From Lama glama (taxonomy: Eukaryota): a stretch of DNA of 64,000 bases. Below are positions 1 to 14,142 of this stretch, one piece after another. The notes under the pieces were generated by a model that worked only from the letters and a program-made list of their open reading frames with translations, made no database searches and had not been told where the DNA came from. The translations under genes were made by a program, and so were the position numbers. The stretch is taken from positions 9,488,001 through 9,552,000 of the forward strand of contig CM052816.1 of the NCBI GenBank assembly GCA_028534125.1, given 5' to 3'. The stretch's first letter is position 1, and each line of letters begins with the position of its first letter.

Positions 1-85
1 TTCCCTGGGAACAGCAGCCTCTCAGAAGCACCTTGCAAAGTGCTCACTGTCTCCGTGGTCTTTGCCTGGCTTGTGTGAGGAGTGG

Positions 86-121
86 GTGCTACTGTAGGTG
101 CTACAGTAGGTGCTACTGTAG
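86..121. repeat. 3 x 12-bp tandem repeat GTGCTAC(T/A)GTAG
   Basis: Read directly from the sequence. Confidence 0.85.
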
Positions 122-599
122 ACCTTTGGGGTTCTCTTTTCTAATATAAAAATGATGGTGATAATGATGATTGTGGCAGTAGTGGTGGTGGTGGCGGCAG
201 CTTTGTGAGCGCTCGTAGTATGTGCCAGAGCCCTTGATAACTGCTTTATAGGTATTATCTGTCATCCTCAATTTCTTCATCTATGAAATGTGGTGATAGT
301 AGTCTGCCTCATTCTTTCATAGAATGAATAGCTATTAGGGATCTAGTCAGCAGCAGCCACCCAAGGAGATTCTGTGGTAGGCTCCTTTCAAAAGGGCTGC
401 TTGGAAGATGAAATGAAATGATTTGAAAACAGAGAGCCTCATCCTGAGCTGAGTCAGTACTTGGAAGCTTTTGTCATTGCTTCTTTGTATCCAACTAGCT
501 TCTTCTGTGTAATGAGCACCCTTGTCCCCACTGTATGCTCGAAGCTCACGGGGTCAAAGTGACTCGTTGTGAGCATCAGACTCGGAGGTGCCCCTCAAG

Positions 600-1160
600 T
601 TTTCCTGCTGCCTGGAGCACACGCTCCTTCTCCTATGTACCCAGTGGAACGATTATCCAGGTACTGCTGTGAAGGGATTTTGCAGATGAAATTAAGGTCC
701 CAAATCAGCAAAAATAGGGAGTTTATTCAGGTTGGCCTGACCCAATCACATGAGCCCTTTAAGTCTAGGTCTAGAGGTAAAAGTCAGGGGAGTCAGAGAG
801 GGAGTTGGTGTGAGGGAAAAGCCCTGCTGGCTTTGAAGATGGAGAAGGCACCATGGCACAGATGTGGGAAATCCCTAGGTGCTGAGAGCGGCCCCAGCGG
901 ACAGCAGCGAGGAAGGTGGGCCTCAATCCTTCGACCGTAAGGATCTGAATCCTGCCAGCAACCATGTGAGCTCAAATGAGGACTCCGAGCTCCGACGAAA
1001 CCCTGATCTGCCTGCATCTTGGTTTCAGCCTGTGAGATCCTGAACAGGGAACTCAGTCACACTGTGCTCAGACTTTTGACCTACAGAACTGTGAGCTAAA
1101 GAATGAATTTTGTTTTAGGCCTTTGAGTGTGAGATAATTGGTTACTGAGCCGTAGAAGAT
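600..1160 (+). mobile_element. ERVL-MaLR solo LTR (MLT1 family)
   Basis: gggattttgcagatgaaattaagg...tgacctacagaactgtgag...ttgttttaggcc motifs typical of MLT1. Confidence 0.75.
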
Positions 1161-1838
1161 GGGTGTGCTTACCTTGGGGCACATGACTAGACTGTAGCTG
1201 AGCTAGGATTTGAATTCAGGCCTGGCTAACTCTAAAGCTTTTGCTCTGAATCTCTCTCACACTGGGGAATTATGCAAACTCCAAATTTCATATTAGGCAA
1301 GAAATAGACCTAGATATTTTAAATTACTAAGTGCAAGTTTAAAATGCAAGCAAATGATGTGATGGATTTGCAGTAAATGCTGAGAACTATGAGGAAAATA
1401 AATTGCCTGAAAGTTACATATTCTATGCGTAACTCAACTTGAAATGTTATTAAAGTGAGTGTGAGAAAGGAAAGTTGGCCATGCCCCCAGGCTTAATTTA
1501 AAGAAAGAATGGTGACATACAAATACGTAAGTGTATTTCTCCAGTTGCCAGGTTAACTTGGCAGGATCTGACAGCTATGAGTGAGCTGAAGAAATTCTCC
1601 TGTAAGAAAAGAATGCCCGGAATTTGGACAAATAGAACGTGGTGTGCAGGAACCCGAAGACTGGACATTGCCAGGGGTTCTGCAATGTTTTGAAGGGCAA
1701 CTAATTCCCAAAAGTTAGCACAATTAGCAGAGGTGGGCAAAGGAACAGCATGATTCTTCAATGGAGTGGCCACGAATTGGTCTTGATGTAAGGATGCCAT
1801 CACAAGAACCTTCCCCATTAAGGCATAGACTGTGGCTA

Positions 1839-1862
1839 TAAATAATAATGATGATGATAATG

Positions 1863-1892
<30 letters not shown>
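1839..1892. repeat. (AAT/GAT)n microsatellite at a MIR tail
   Basis: aataataatgatgatgataatgataataataat... Confidence 0.9.
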
Positions 1893-1893
<1 letters not shown>

Positions 1894-2095
1894 GGCTCCC
1901 CATGTGCCAGACACTGCTCGAAGTGCTTTATATGAATTGCATCATCTAATCCTCAAGCAATCCTAAGAAGCTGGTACTTGTGATTACCTCTGTTTTAAAG
2001 ATGAAAAGCCTAAAACAGAGAAAACTTGAATAACTTGCCCTCGGTAAATAGTAAGCATTAAGTGGAATTCAGACATGTCTCCAAAGGCTGTTTTC
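1893..2095 (-). mobile_element. MIR SINE
   Basis: catgtgccagacactg...ttttaaagatgaaaagcct...aacttgccc core. Confidence 0.7.
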
Positions 2096-2249
2096 TTAGT
2101 TGTTATACCCGTTTCCCTGGGAGAAAATGCTGGAGTTCTAGGAAAATGTATTTTTGTTAACAAGGGAACTATATTTATATGGTCAAGAAATAATGTCAAA
2201 TGAAAGTACATATTACACTTGCATAAAAAAAAGGAAAGACAGTTTTTTC

Positions 2250-2975
2250 CCCTAGAGTATTACAGTTTATTATGATACAGGTCAAACTAACAAAGTTACA
2301 TGTAGTATACTGGAACAAATTCTTGTGTACCATCATCCAGTTTATGCAACAAGGCATGACAAAGACAGTTGAGTCCTCTATGTTTGCATCCCCTTACTTC
2401 CGCCAACAGAGGCAGTTGCCCCCAGAATTTAGAGTCTGTTGTTCCCTTGCATTTCTTTATACTTTTTAGTGCATATGCATGTATTCCAAAAAATATTATT
2501 ACTATAGTAATAAAATGTTCATGTTTCATGTTTTTAACTTTATATAAATAATGTACTGTATGTATTACTCAGCAACTTATTTTTTAAAACTCAGCATCAT
2601 ATGTGCAAAATGTTTTAATATTGCTATGTTTACCTAGTTTAGTTGAATTTATTTTTTACTCCTGCATAGTAGGCTACTTTATGACTAATTTACTTTTTGG
2701 TTCTCCTGTTGATGAACAGCTAGATAAATTCCAAAGTTTTGCAATTACAGAAAATTATTCCATAAATAGCCTTGTCACCTTGTCAACATGTGTGTCTTTC
2801 TGTACGTTCTATGCCTAAGAGTGGTTTGTAGGGTGTTTACATCTTGACTTTACTAGGCAATGCCAAAGTCCTCTCCATTGTGGTTGCACTCCTACCAGCA
2901 GTTCATAAGAAGCTCCATTGTTCCAGGTCTCTGTCAACACATGGCCAGTCAGATGTTAATTATTGCTAATCCAAT
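2250..2975 (-). mobile_element. Old L1 (L1M-type) 3' fragment
   Basis: tctcctgttgatgaacagctag...ccaaagttttgcaattac...cactcctaccagcag, degenerate antisense L1 3' region. Confidence 0.6.
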
Positions 2976-4047
2976 TTTGTCAACTGAAGAATGTGTTCAT
3001 GTTTTACCCATGTAATTAAAAAGACAGGAGAGGGGGAAGAGAGAGACAGAAAGAGAGACAGGGGGCGGGGGAAGAGAAAAAGGGGGAGAGAGAAGAAAGA
3101 AATCAGGCATAAGGCACAGGAAAAGAAAGGAATCCCATTGCTGAACTAGGGTGCAATTTTGGTGTTTGAATAGGGCCAAACTGAAACCACAGGCAGGCTG
3201 AGTTGAGACTTAGACCTCTAATTGACCAGGGCTGCTTACCTCTCCTTTTATTAAAGACAATACTAGCTTCAGAACTGGAGGTTGAGAGGGGCCTGTAGTG
3301 GCTCCAAGCTGGTGAGAAGAAACAGGTAGAGGCAGTTAGACAGAGAGGGGATGCACTCAGAAGCTCTCATCTTGACTGGACCAGTGAGCCACAGTTCCAT
3401 CAGCCAGTCAGCCGTTTTATCTACAGATGATTTGGCTCATTTACAGGGTGCTTGGCGGTTAACTCTCATGCAGACATAGTCATTAGTTATCCTGTAATGC
3501 TGCCTTCCTCTTGGGACATAATAATCAGCTCCACTATGAGGACATTTTTTTGAGAGCATAAACCAGAGGAAATTACTTGATGTCACTTGGCGATTTATGG
3601 AAAGTAAAATGAATTCTGTGGTGGGTGGAAATTTGACTTAATGTAGAATGTCAAAGATAAACAGTTTCCCTGAGAACATAAGAAGTGCCTTATATTATAG
3701 GATTCACAGTCCCTCAAGCCCACCCTTCCATCACCAGCTTTGGCAATGGGAAGGCGCTGTAGGGTGATGAGATGATTCTCCCTTATGTCAACTTTGACAG
3801 ATCAGTGGTCTGTTTTTGGCACACACCCATTTAGGTGCTTTCTAGTACACGACATATATAGACCTTTTTAGGTGAGTGTGAATGGAATTAATCTTTTTGA
3901 ATCTGAGTTTCATTGTCAGAAAATATCAATTATAATAACCCTAACCTCTCTGAATTATGTGCTATAGTCAGGCATAGCCAGGGAAGCTTTTACTAACTAA
4001 AGACTGAATTCAGATGTTAACTTTAAAAATTTATCATGTGTGTGAAT

Positions 4048-4048
4048 A

Positions 4049-4087
<39 letters not shown>
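4048..4087. repeat. (TG)n(AG)n compound microsatellite
   Basis: Read directly from the sequence. Confidence 0.95.
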
Positions 4088-4089
<2 letters not shown>

Positions 4090-4879
4090 GCCTTTAATAC
4101 ATTTTTTCCCCTTTTCTCACTTATTTTATCCATCACTGTTTAGTCTGACTGGTTGCTAATGGGCTTGGGTGAACAGCAGATCATTTTCTCACCTAACCAT
4201 TTACTGTCCTGCCTGTAGCTGAATAGGGATGTTCCTATCCAGGTTCCAGTTTTCAATATAGAAATATTGGTAGCACTACAAATCTTGCTGTAGGGGTTTT
4301 TCCCCATGGAAATCCTTTTCCTTGCTTTCTTTTTGATTTTTCTGACCATCATCTCTCTTTAGGGAGAGAGGTAATATGATTGGCTCTCTTGTGGAAAAGA
4401 AAAGCAACCATGCAGCAATAATAGCCAGCCTGTGTTTTGTTCTATTTCTGTTGAGTAAAATTCACCTCAGTGCTTAGCCGTTTAGCTGGTTTGAGAACTA
4501 GTTACTTGTCTCTAAAGATCTGGCTGAACTTAGTACAGGGTTCCACAGTGCCTAATTCTGTTTATTTCAGTGCAGGAAGGGGCCTATGTGGAAACTTAGA
4601 ACTGTGGGCTTCCTTATTGTCCCTCTAGCCTATTAGATAAAGGAATAGCCATTATGGTGTCATTGACTTACAGCCCTCTAACCTTTTCTTGCATCCTTCT
4701 GGTGTTGGGGAGCTCACTACATTGTGAAGCTTTACAGGGCAGCTCTGGTGATGAGGGCAGGAATGAAAAGCACCAGACTTAAACGCCAGAACATCTTAGC
4801 TGGACCCGCGAGGTACACCACTGCTCACTGTGCTGCTTGTGGTGCTATTATGTGACTCACTCTTCTTTTTGCCTTCTGG

Positions 4880-5252
4880 GCACATTGTAGGTTAGAATGT
4901 CCTACTTCTCTTATGGTTGCCTGGGGCCATGTGTCTGGTTCTGGCCAATGAGTTGTTGAGTGGAAGTGGAATGAATCACTTCCAGGCCAGAGCATTTCAT
5001 TACCAGTTTGTGATACACTCGCATAGTCTTCTGATCTCTGAGTTCTCTTTCCCTCTAGCGTGGCAACTGGCAACAGTTAAGGGGGTGGCCACCCCATCAG
5101 CGTGGGTCCCTACGTGAATGTGGTGAGCAGAGCTTCCCTGACCACCCACAGTGGATGTGTACATTAGCAAAAACTAAACCTTTGTCCTTTTAACCTGCAG
5201 AAGATTGGGGGTTGTTTGTTATCAAAGTAAAATCTAACACATTCTGACTGAC
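4880..5252 (+). mobile_element. ERVL-MaLR solo LTR (old MLT1)
   Basis: ggccatgtgtctggttctggccaatgag...aaacctttgt...gggggttgtttgtta. Confidence 0.65.
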
Positions 5253-6099
5253 ATGATGACTGAGGGCCCATTCTCAGAAACTTTCACATTATAGCATTTC
5301 AAGTGTACAAGTGGACTGAACTTGTAATAGAGAAAAAGAAGTATTTGTCATTTTTTCTTTAGTTGAGTTGAATTCTGCCTTCTAGTATTTTCCCTCACTG
5401 GATCCAGTCAGTCACACTCTTAAGGGCCGCGTGACGGTATTTCAGAGACTGGAGTTAGCTACCCCAGCACCTCTCATTTCCTCAATTGTTTGTTCTACTT
5501 GTGATGCAGGGGATAATTCAGAGTCCTCTTTTATTCTGGTTAACTCTGTCTAGATATTTTTTAGTGTATCTGGATAATCATTGTCCAGAACAATTCTCAG
5601 GGTATCCTTAGATTTCTAGCAACTTTAGCATTCATATCTTTAAGCTTCCATAACCTGCCTGCGGTGTGTCATGTTCTAAGATAAGAAGGGTGAGGGATAG
5701 TGAAAAAGTGTTAGGATTAATGGGTTGAATATCTTAAGAGAGTCAAAGAATTGCTGGAGTCAGACTGCTAAAGGAATGAGTTCTAGTCATAGGAAATGAT
5801 GGAGAGTGAAATATTTGACGTAGAGATGCTTGGGAGTTACAGCTAATGGTAACGACAAGTTCAAGGTTTGAACAGTGAAGTTAGTAACTGAGAAAGTATG
5901 GAGAACAGCTTATTGGAGGAGAGCAGGCTCAGTAATTTGTAGTTCTCAAAGGAGTTACCAGATAATTTTAAGAGGTAAGCATTTATATTCATGTGTATTT
6001 CAGATTATCTATTTTTACTTTTAGATTGTCTTCATAAATAACGCCACTGATTATTAAATTTTCTCTAATATGTTGGAACATGTATCCCAGTACATCATC

Positions 6100-6325
6100 G
6101 GTTCCAGAGTCAGAGAGACCTTGGTGCAAATCTTGAATTTACTATTTGCTGCTTATGCGACTTTGGGCACATCTGTTCAGATCTTTGACCCTCAGTTTCT
6201 TTGTCTGGAAATTGGACAAAATAGTAACACCCATCTCCACAGGCTTGTTGTGACAATAGAATATGTTAATGCATGAAAAATAGCATTCTTCTTGGCAAAT
6301 GGTGACACTCAGGTAATGATAATAA
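6100..6325 (+). mobile_element. MIR SINE
   Basis: gagtcagagagaccttgg...ctcagtttctttgtctggaaattgg. Confidence 0.65.
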
Positions 6326-7079
6326 CTAGCCTTTATTCCATTGTTATTAAAGCAGAGAAACCAAAGAGGCCTGAAGGATCGGAAAGCTGCCACAATCAAC
6401 CCTAAGGGAATACCCTAATTATATTACATTACATTACATAACCTTACATATTGCAGCCTAACATTCATTTTCAAGCTAACCACAAAATTAATTTTTCTAT
6501 CTCAGCATTTTCTGGCACATGGAAGCATCTCTACTCCTCCAATTATTGAGAAAGAATAACACACACACCAGAATTCTACAAACTTGATTTGCAAATATTG
6601 TCAAATTAGATATTCATAAGATAATGAAATACGGCTTTCTCGGAAGATGTGTATTACAGTTGTTAAAAATCCTTCAGGGCTGTGAATGAGAAAAGCTTGA
6701 AGCTAGAGCAGATCTTTCTAATTTTCCTGATAGACAAGTAGTATGCTGCCTCTGCCTCTGCCTCTGCTCTTTTATTCCCAACCTTTGACACTCACTGATC
6801 TTCTTTCACTGCCTATTTCCAGGATTGATAAATTAGGAACTCTTCAGTGCATTCATTTTACACAAGGCACCTGAAATTCAAAAAAGAAAGAAAGAAAACA
6901 GCCAAGCTCTTGAAAGTCATTACATTTTGCTAGACCAGTGATTTTTGAAAATATCAAATCAGTCACGAGCCTGCCCTTTTTTAAACAAATATTTTGTAAC
7001 ACCCCCGACTCTACTGAAATGAAATAAAAGGTTTTTAAATTACTAAGGCCAAAGACCATCTCCCCCAAAATTCACAGAC

Positions 7080-7670
7080 ATGTCGAAATGCAAATCTAAT
7101 CATGTCACCATTAATGCCAACCTTCTTTAAGGAATTTGTGACTCTCCACCGGACTCATGATGAAGACCTAAATACTGAGCCCAGCCTCCCGTCCCCTCCT
7201 GATCTGACCCTTGTTGGCCCCATCTGATGGTGACTCCCCTGGCTCCCTGCACTCCAGTTATGTTGGTCTTCTTTCAGCTGCTGGAATAAATCACATCCTT
7301 CTCACCACTGCATTTCTGTCCCTGGCCCCCAACATTTCCTGCCTTATTTCAGTCAACTCCTGTTCCTCCTTTAAGTTGCAACTCAGTGATCGCTCTCTCA
7401 GGAAAGTGTTTTCTGATCCCGAAACAAGGTTATCACTACCAAGTATACCTTTTCTCATAGCCTCCACAGCAGCTGTAATTTTATATATATGCATTAGCGG
7501 ATTCACGTCTGTCTGCTCTGGTAGCCTCTGAGCTTTCTGAGGGAAGGAATCACGCCTGCTCTCTCTTCTCGGTGACTGAAATAGTGTAGACCCTCACATA
7601 TTCTGTTGAGTGCGCACAGCAGTGACTGAGTAGACAAAGGGATGGTTGAATGAACAAATGAACAAACATA
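7080..7670 (+). mobile_element. L2 LINE 3' fragment
   Basis: aaatgcaaatctaatcatgtcac...ends gttgaatgaacaaatgaac. Confidence 0.65.
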
Positions 7671-7899
7671 TGCCTATAGCTAAGCTGACATTCCTGGGCC
7701 AAGCCTACTGAGTTTGTTTGTTTTCTAGTCACAGCAGAACTCACACCTGACTGCTTGGAGAAATTAATGCTGTCATTCTGTGTGACTTATTTGGCAAGAA
7801 CAATATGTTAACCTTCTAGTGTGAAGTGAGAAGGGCTGTGGTTGAGAAGTGCTAGAGAAGACGGGATTCACAGGAGAGGGGTAGTACTTCTTTATTCTT

Positions 7900-8870
7900 C
7901 ATTTGAACAAGTAATACATAAATCTATTCTGGTCATTTCAAATTTCAGTAACACCCCAAATGAAAAAAGTCTCCCGTTACCATCTATTCCCCGGCCCCAG
8001 ACATTTATGATTAACAACTGGTTGTGCATTGTAATGGCCATAACCTCCGAATTTCCTTGTATGTAGGTGCCTATATGCATACACAGCTCTCCTCTCCCTG
8101 TTTTTATATTCCTTCAAACTCTTAGGGTATCATATTATATGTATTAGTCTATGATTTTTTCATTTAACCGTGTGCCTGGGAGATATTATTATTTTATTAA
8201 TATTTAATTTTATTATATATATAAAAGGATATATAGACACGTATCATTTTCACTTTAAACATAAAATACCTCACAAATAATCAAAGCTTCTGAGAAAAAT
8301 GAAAGAATAGTTGCATGTCCCTGACCCAGATTAAGATATAAAATATTGCAAATACAGTCAAAATCTCCTCCTGATAAAATAGCTACCTCTTCTTGCCCCC
8401 AGCCCACACTCACTCCCCTGGTTCCATTGTTCATTGACCCAGTGCATGCCTTTATACCTTTTATTACATGTATATGGATCTCTTCTCATTCTTTTTAACA
8501 TCTGCATAATATTTAAGGGTATCCAAGTGCTATGGTTTAATTACTCATTCCCAGATTGGTGGACATTTATTCTATTTTGAAGTGTCCATTCTTACAAACA
8601 GTATAGCAACATACATTCTTTTACACCTAAGCAAGTGCTTCAAGCATTTCACTAGAATAGGTTTGTGGAAAATGTGCATTCACAATGTTTAAAGATACTG
8701 CCAGTTGGCATCCACAAAGTTTTGCCAATGTATCTTTCCACAACTAGTCCTGTGAGTGCCCTTTCAGCACATCTTTATCAGCTCAAAAGATGGTTAACTT
8801 AGTGGGTCTTCAATCTGATGGGTGAAAGTGATCTCTCATTGTTTTAAATTACATTTTCCTGACTACTTGT
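7900..8870 (-). mobile_element. Old L1 (L1M-type) fragments
   Basis: ggtggacattta...ctgatgggtgaaagtgatctctcattgttttaaattacatttt. Confidence 0.55.
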
Positions 8871-9371
8871 AGTGTATGTATCTTTAGGCAAGCTCACAGA
8901 CCATCTGTAAAAATGGTCTTTCCAATATATAATTTATACCACATGTTCCATGATGACAGGGACCATTTCTGTCTCATTCTCCACTGTAGCTCCAAGGCCA
9001 GGCACATTAGATACAGCAAATATTGATTGGTTAGTTAGTTGATTGACTTACAGATTAATTGACTACCAGACCCTTATTTATACTTTGAAAAATTCACTGA
9101 GTGGAAATACTCAGAGAAAAAGATGTAACACTTATGGAAAAACAAAAAATGGGACTAAGGGTGGTTAAGAACCCTAAACTTTGAAAAGGAATGTTTCAAC
9201 TGAGTTTTTATAAAGGTGGTAGACCTGGAAAGGACAGACTTATCACAGTCTCTGTTGGATATAAACTATGTAAAGCCTTGTGGTAAAGATAGAGCATTTG
9301 ACTTGTAACTAGATGATTAAAGGATCTAAAAGCAGTACTTTGGTCAAAATAAAAAAAACTGCATGTTATTC

Positions 9372-9728
9372 ATTATGGACTGAATTGTCCCCGGCTCATA
9401 TGTTGAAACCCTAACCCCCCAGGGTGATGATATTTGGAGGGTGAGACCTTTGGGAAATAATGATAATTAGGTTAGATGAGACCCTCATGGTGGGATTAGT
9501 GCCCTTATATGAAGAGATACCAGCGAGCTTGCTCTCTCTCCATGGTGTAAGGACACAGAGAGAAGGCAGCCTTCTGCGGGTGAAGAAGAGAACTTTCACC
9601 AGGAGCCAATCTGCCAGCACCTGGATCTTAGACTCTCAGCCTCCACAACTGTGAAAGAATACATTTTTGTTGTCTAAGCCATCCAGCTTACGGTATTTTG
9701 TTACGGCAGTCTGAGTAGACTAAGGCAG
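9372..9728 (+). mobile_element. ERVL-MaLR solo LTR (MLT1A-like)
   Basis: tatggactgaattgtcccc...catatgttgaaaccctaacccc...gtattttgttacggcagtctgagtagactaaggca. Confidence 0.85.
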
Positions 9729-12644
9729 ATGATATAACATGATTTCCAAGATAATCTGATGGCATCATTTATTCCTTAACTTATTTAAACAAATATTTGT
9801 TGAGTACCTACTATGTGCCGAGAAAACAAAGTCTCTGCTTTCATGGTGCTTACAGTCTATTGGAGGGTGAGGGGGTGGGGAAAGGGTGGGGAGAGGCCTT
9901 CAGTAGACACTAAAAAACAAGGAAACATTCAATATGTTCGATAAATACCATTAAGAAAAATAAAGAAGCAGAAGGAATTTTACAAAATTCAGGTGTAAGA
10001 GATGCTACATTTCTTTTCATCTCTAAATTAGTTAAATCTTTAATAAACTCTACAAGATGGGTTTCAAGGGGAAATGTAATCCCAAACATTGGACATCTAC
10101 TTTCTGGAACAAGCTGGACCTTTTGTTTTTCATTCCACTCTGACCACCACAGCCGGGGTAGTTGTCCACTTCTACCTGGTCCCTGGAAGAAAGGCGGTTC
10201 TGCTGCTGCTGTATCAAGTTTGACACTGGGGCCTTCGATTACAGTGCTTGGTCTCTATGGGTGCGGAGAGGGAGTGTGGTGTTCCTTCTTGCTGTTCTTA
10301 GAATCTGGAAACTCCTGCTTTCTCCTTGTCATAGTTCTTCAAGCTTCCCTCCCTCCTTAGTTGGCTGCTTATTCCTTTAGGTCAGGTATCTATGCTCTGC
10401 TGCCAGAAACTGCCCCCTTCAGCCCTGCAACTTGACAAATCTATGACCAGCACTGCTGATAACTCAAAACATAAATCTTAGTTATCTCTTTGGGATAGAG
10501 GAGGAAGATAACCAGTTGTTCCTTCCAGTCTTTGTGTGTGTGTGTGTGTGGTTTTAAGAGAAAGGTTACATGTTAATCTTTCAGCAGTTATTTTTCTGAA
10601 CCCTTATGTAAAAACACATTTCGATAGAAAATTGAACTTGTGCTTTTCTTTTTTATATATGCTTTTAGCACTCAACAGTATTTATGAGAACTTTCCCCTG
10701 TTGTTAAATATTCTGTTCAAACCTGGGTTTTAATGGCTGTGTAAATATTAAATACATATGAAATTGTTGATGTAATTGATATCCAAATTTAGACTTTTAG
10801 TTTGTTTCCAGTTTTCCTAATTATAAGCAATGTGGTTGTGAGTCATAATGTACATAAATCTTTAAGAGTATCTCTAATAATTTACTTTTTTAGGATAAAT
10901 TCTTAGAAGTAGAATTACTGGAGCATGAATTCTTTTAAGGTTCTTTTTAAGTTTGTCATAAGCATAGTCTGGACATGCACTTATCAACTTTAATACAATA
11001 CAGTTCTTAGGTTTGCCAGCAGTCATTTTTAAATGATCTTACTTTATGTGATGCTGTCCTAGGCTCTAGGGGTGCTTAGTAGCATCCAGGTGGAGAATAT
11101 GAACTTCAATCAGCCAATCTTTTGGTTATCCCACAGTTATTCTCTGCCTGCCTTCCTCCATTCCCATCACTTCTCAGCCTGCTTTTATGGATTGTGTGCA
11201 TGGGGCTGTGAATGAGTGTGCTCGTGTTGACGGTAAACTTGAATGTAGAACTTTTCTCTTCAAAACCCTTATGCTCCATCAAGAACATAGATACTCCCCT
11301 CTTCTCTTATGCTTGTGGCAGTTCAGTATGCTCCCAAATTCTTACCCCATACATTCTTACCCCATACATACCCCAAACTCCACCTCCATTCGTATGAACT
11401 TTCAGCACATTTCCCCCACTTCTCTGATCTATCACATTTGCTTTTCTACTGGTTATATCTGGAAAAAGTCCAGTGTATTCTTACTCATTATCTCTCATCT
11501 CTGGACTCTATTTTTACTTGTCATTTCAACAGCCCCCAGCCGAATTACAACATGCTGTCATAGTGATCAGTCATCGGCCAGACTTTCTTGCTGTACTATG
11601 AGCTGGAGGACCAGGACAAACGTGAATGTCATTTGTACATATTTGAAATAAATATTAAAGGTGAACACTAATAGCCAGTAGCATTTACTGAGCATATAGC
11701 ACGTGCCAGGTGCTACCCCAGGTGTTTTACATGGGTTTTCTTAATCCCTTCAACAACTTCAGTGCTGGGAATGGGACGAGAAAATAGACTTGGAATTATT
11801 GTTAGCCTTTAGAGTACAGTCTGGAAAAGGCCTCTGATAGTCTCTCGAGAAACTAGCTAACTATTCGTAGTCTTCATGTGATGTTAGTGATTATAAGTTG
11901 TAACTCAGAGAGGTGATTGGTGGCCCTAATACACCTGACTCAAGGACTAGTTTAGACCTAGGATTAAATAGAACTATTGAGTGGAAGTAAGGAAAAAAAA
12001 AAGAACACCTTTATATTATTGCTTGAGTTTAAATTTTTTTCAAGCAAGTGCTACCTTGTGTACCTTTTTACTTGCTTAGTATATATTTGTTATACTAGGC
12101 ACTGTGGATACCAAAATGAATAAGACAGTGTGGTTGGGGTGACACACATTTAAAATAATAATTAAAATATCGTATGGTAAGAGCTATGATATGTAATTAC
12201 AGGGTGTTATAAGCATGTAGGAGGAAGAAGTTCTTAGAATCAGGGATGGAATGGCTTCCCAGAGAATAAGATGTTTAATTGTGCACCAAAGATATGCAAG
12301 AGTCTGCCAGGTAAAGTAGAGGAAGGGTGGGTGAGGGCTTGACAAGTATGTCCCACCTGCCTAAGTGGGCATTTAATAGAGACTCTGCTTGGTAGAGTTG
12401 ATTATGGAGCAGAGTCACAAATAAAGCTGGAGTGCTAAGTAGGGACTGAATGAGTTAAACCAAATCAAATTTAGTATTTTACCAAAATCACAGTAGGACT
12501 ACATTAAGGATTTTGGACAGGCTAAGGGAGATGAGCTAATTCCTTCTTGAAAAAAGCAAAACAAAACATTTGACTTCAGTGCTGATAATGGTTGGGAAGA
12601 GGGAGAGTCAAGGAAGATGGCCAATGAGAAGTGACTCCATTCTT

Positions 12645-13600
12645 TTGTTCATTCATTCATTCCACAAATACATTTTGAGTACTTGCTTGTGCCAGGCACT
12701 GTTTTAGGTGCTAGAAATACATCTGTAAACATAACAGACCAAGTTCTTACTTTCAATAAGATTTACAGTCAAGCCATTCTCGTGCGGAAGAGGGCAAACT
12801 AGGTAACAGCTGTGAAAATCAAAACTTCAAGACACAGGAATAGAGAGTGAGAGGAGAGATTCTATTTTAAATAGACATAGGAAAGCCCTCTCTTCAGAGG
12901 TAAATCTGAGCAGAGACCTGAGTGAAAGGAGAGGATGAGCAGTTCTGTTGCCTTGGGATAGAGAGATCCAGATGGAGGCAGTGTCAAACTGGAGACTCCG
13001 AGGTGGGAGCCTGACTGGCTCCTTTTGGGAATGATGAGGAAGCCTTCATGGCTGGAGCAGCAGGGGAAAAGGAGAAAGTGGTGAGAGGTAAGATCATAAA
13101 AGCAGCCAAGAACCAGCTTTGTAGAGCCATGTAGGCCATGTAAGGGTCCTGGGTATTTACTCTGAGTGTGAGGACAAGGCATCTCAAGGCTGGTGAGTAG
13201 GGCAGTGACATGTTCCACCCTAAACATTTTAGAAAGCTCAGTCTATCTCCTGGGTGAAGAGTGGATTGTATATAGAAAACAGTGGAAGCAGGAACACCAC
13301 TGGGGGAGCCTTTGCCGTCCCACCCAGGTGAGGCATGGTACAAGAGCTGGGAAAGGGTCAGAATCAGAAAACATTTCTCAGATAGAACTAAGAGGATTTG
13401 TTGATATAGGTGAGGAATGAAAGAAAGAGACTTGTTAAGAATTACTCCAAGGTTTTTGGCCTGAGCAGCTGGGAAAAAAAAAATAGACTTGCTGCGTATT
13501 GAGATGGGAAGCAAGTTTGAGTGAGCAGAATCAAGAGTTCAGCTTTGGATGTGTTAAGTTTCAGGTGTCTAATAGACCGATGACTGTAGACAGGTAGGCA
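12645..13600 (-). mobile_element. L2 LINE fragment
   Basis: ttcattcattcattcc...gtgccaggcactgttttaggtgct...gagttcagctttggatgtgttaagttt. Confidence 0.8.
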
Positions 13601-13917
13601 GAAGTGGCTGTAGTGGTCTAGGTGAAGCTAACAGGAAAGCTTTCATTAGATTATGGACAGCAGACTGGGAAGAAGAGAAGAGATTTAAGAGATACTCAAA
13701 GTAGATAATGACTTAGGTAAAGGAGAAAAATAAATGGAGGAAGATGCCTGGCTTCAGGCTTGGTCAGCTGGGATGATACTGTTTTCTACATAGTGAGAAA
13801 ACCCAGAGGAATGAATCCCTCTCAGTTAAACAGGTTTCTTTTAGCATGCTCTTAGAAGTCTCAGTGTCTCTATGCCATATTCTTCTTTAGATCAAACATA
13901 TCTCTGGTTCCAAAAGA

Positions 13918-14142
13918 GCAGGGATCATCAAACTTGTTTCTAAAGGGTCAAAGAGTAAATACTTTCAGCTTTTTTAGGCCATTCAGTCGCTTCTGTAATT
14001 ACTCAGCCTTGTCTCTTGGTGGTAAGCAGCCATAGAAAATAGATAAGCAGTTGAGTTTGCCTGTGTTCCAGTGAACTTTTATTTACAAAAATAGACAGTG
14101 GGTTGGTTTTGTACCATTTGCCATTGTTTGGCCGCCTTTGCA
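13918..14142. mobile_element. hAT-Charlie DNA transposon (MER58A-like)
   Basis: caggg...aaacttgtttctaaagggtc...gcagccataga...tgtgttccagtgaacttttatttacaaaaa. Confidence 0.75.

Noticed and set aside
86..121. CRISPR-like direct repeats
   Set aside because: Contiguous 12-bp units without spacers in a mammalian intron; no cas genes anywhere in the window
1498..1914. 138-aa ORF with a signal-peptide-like poly-Leu start
   Set aside because: The Leu/Ser run comes from the (AAT)n microsatellite and a MIR; no coding signature
11339..11368. 15-bp tandem duplication ttcttaccccataca
   Set aside because: Ordinary slippage duplication with no sign of function
12862..13514. 121-aa and 176-aa minus-strand ORFs
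   Set aside because: They lie within a decayed L2 element
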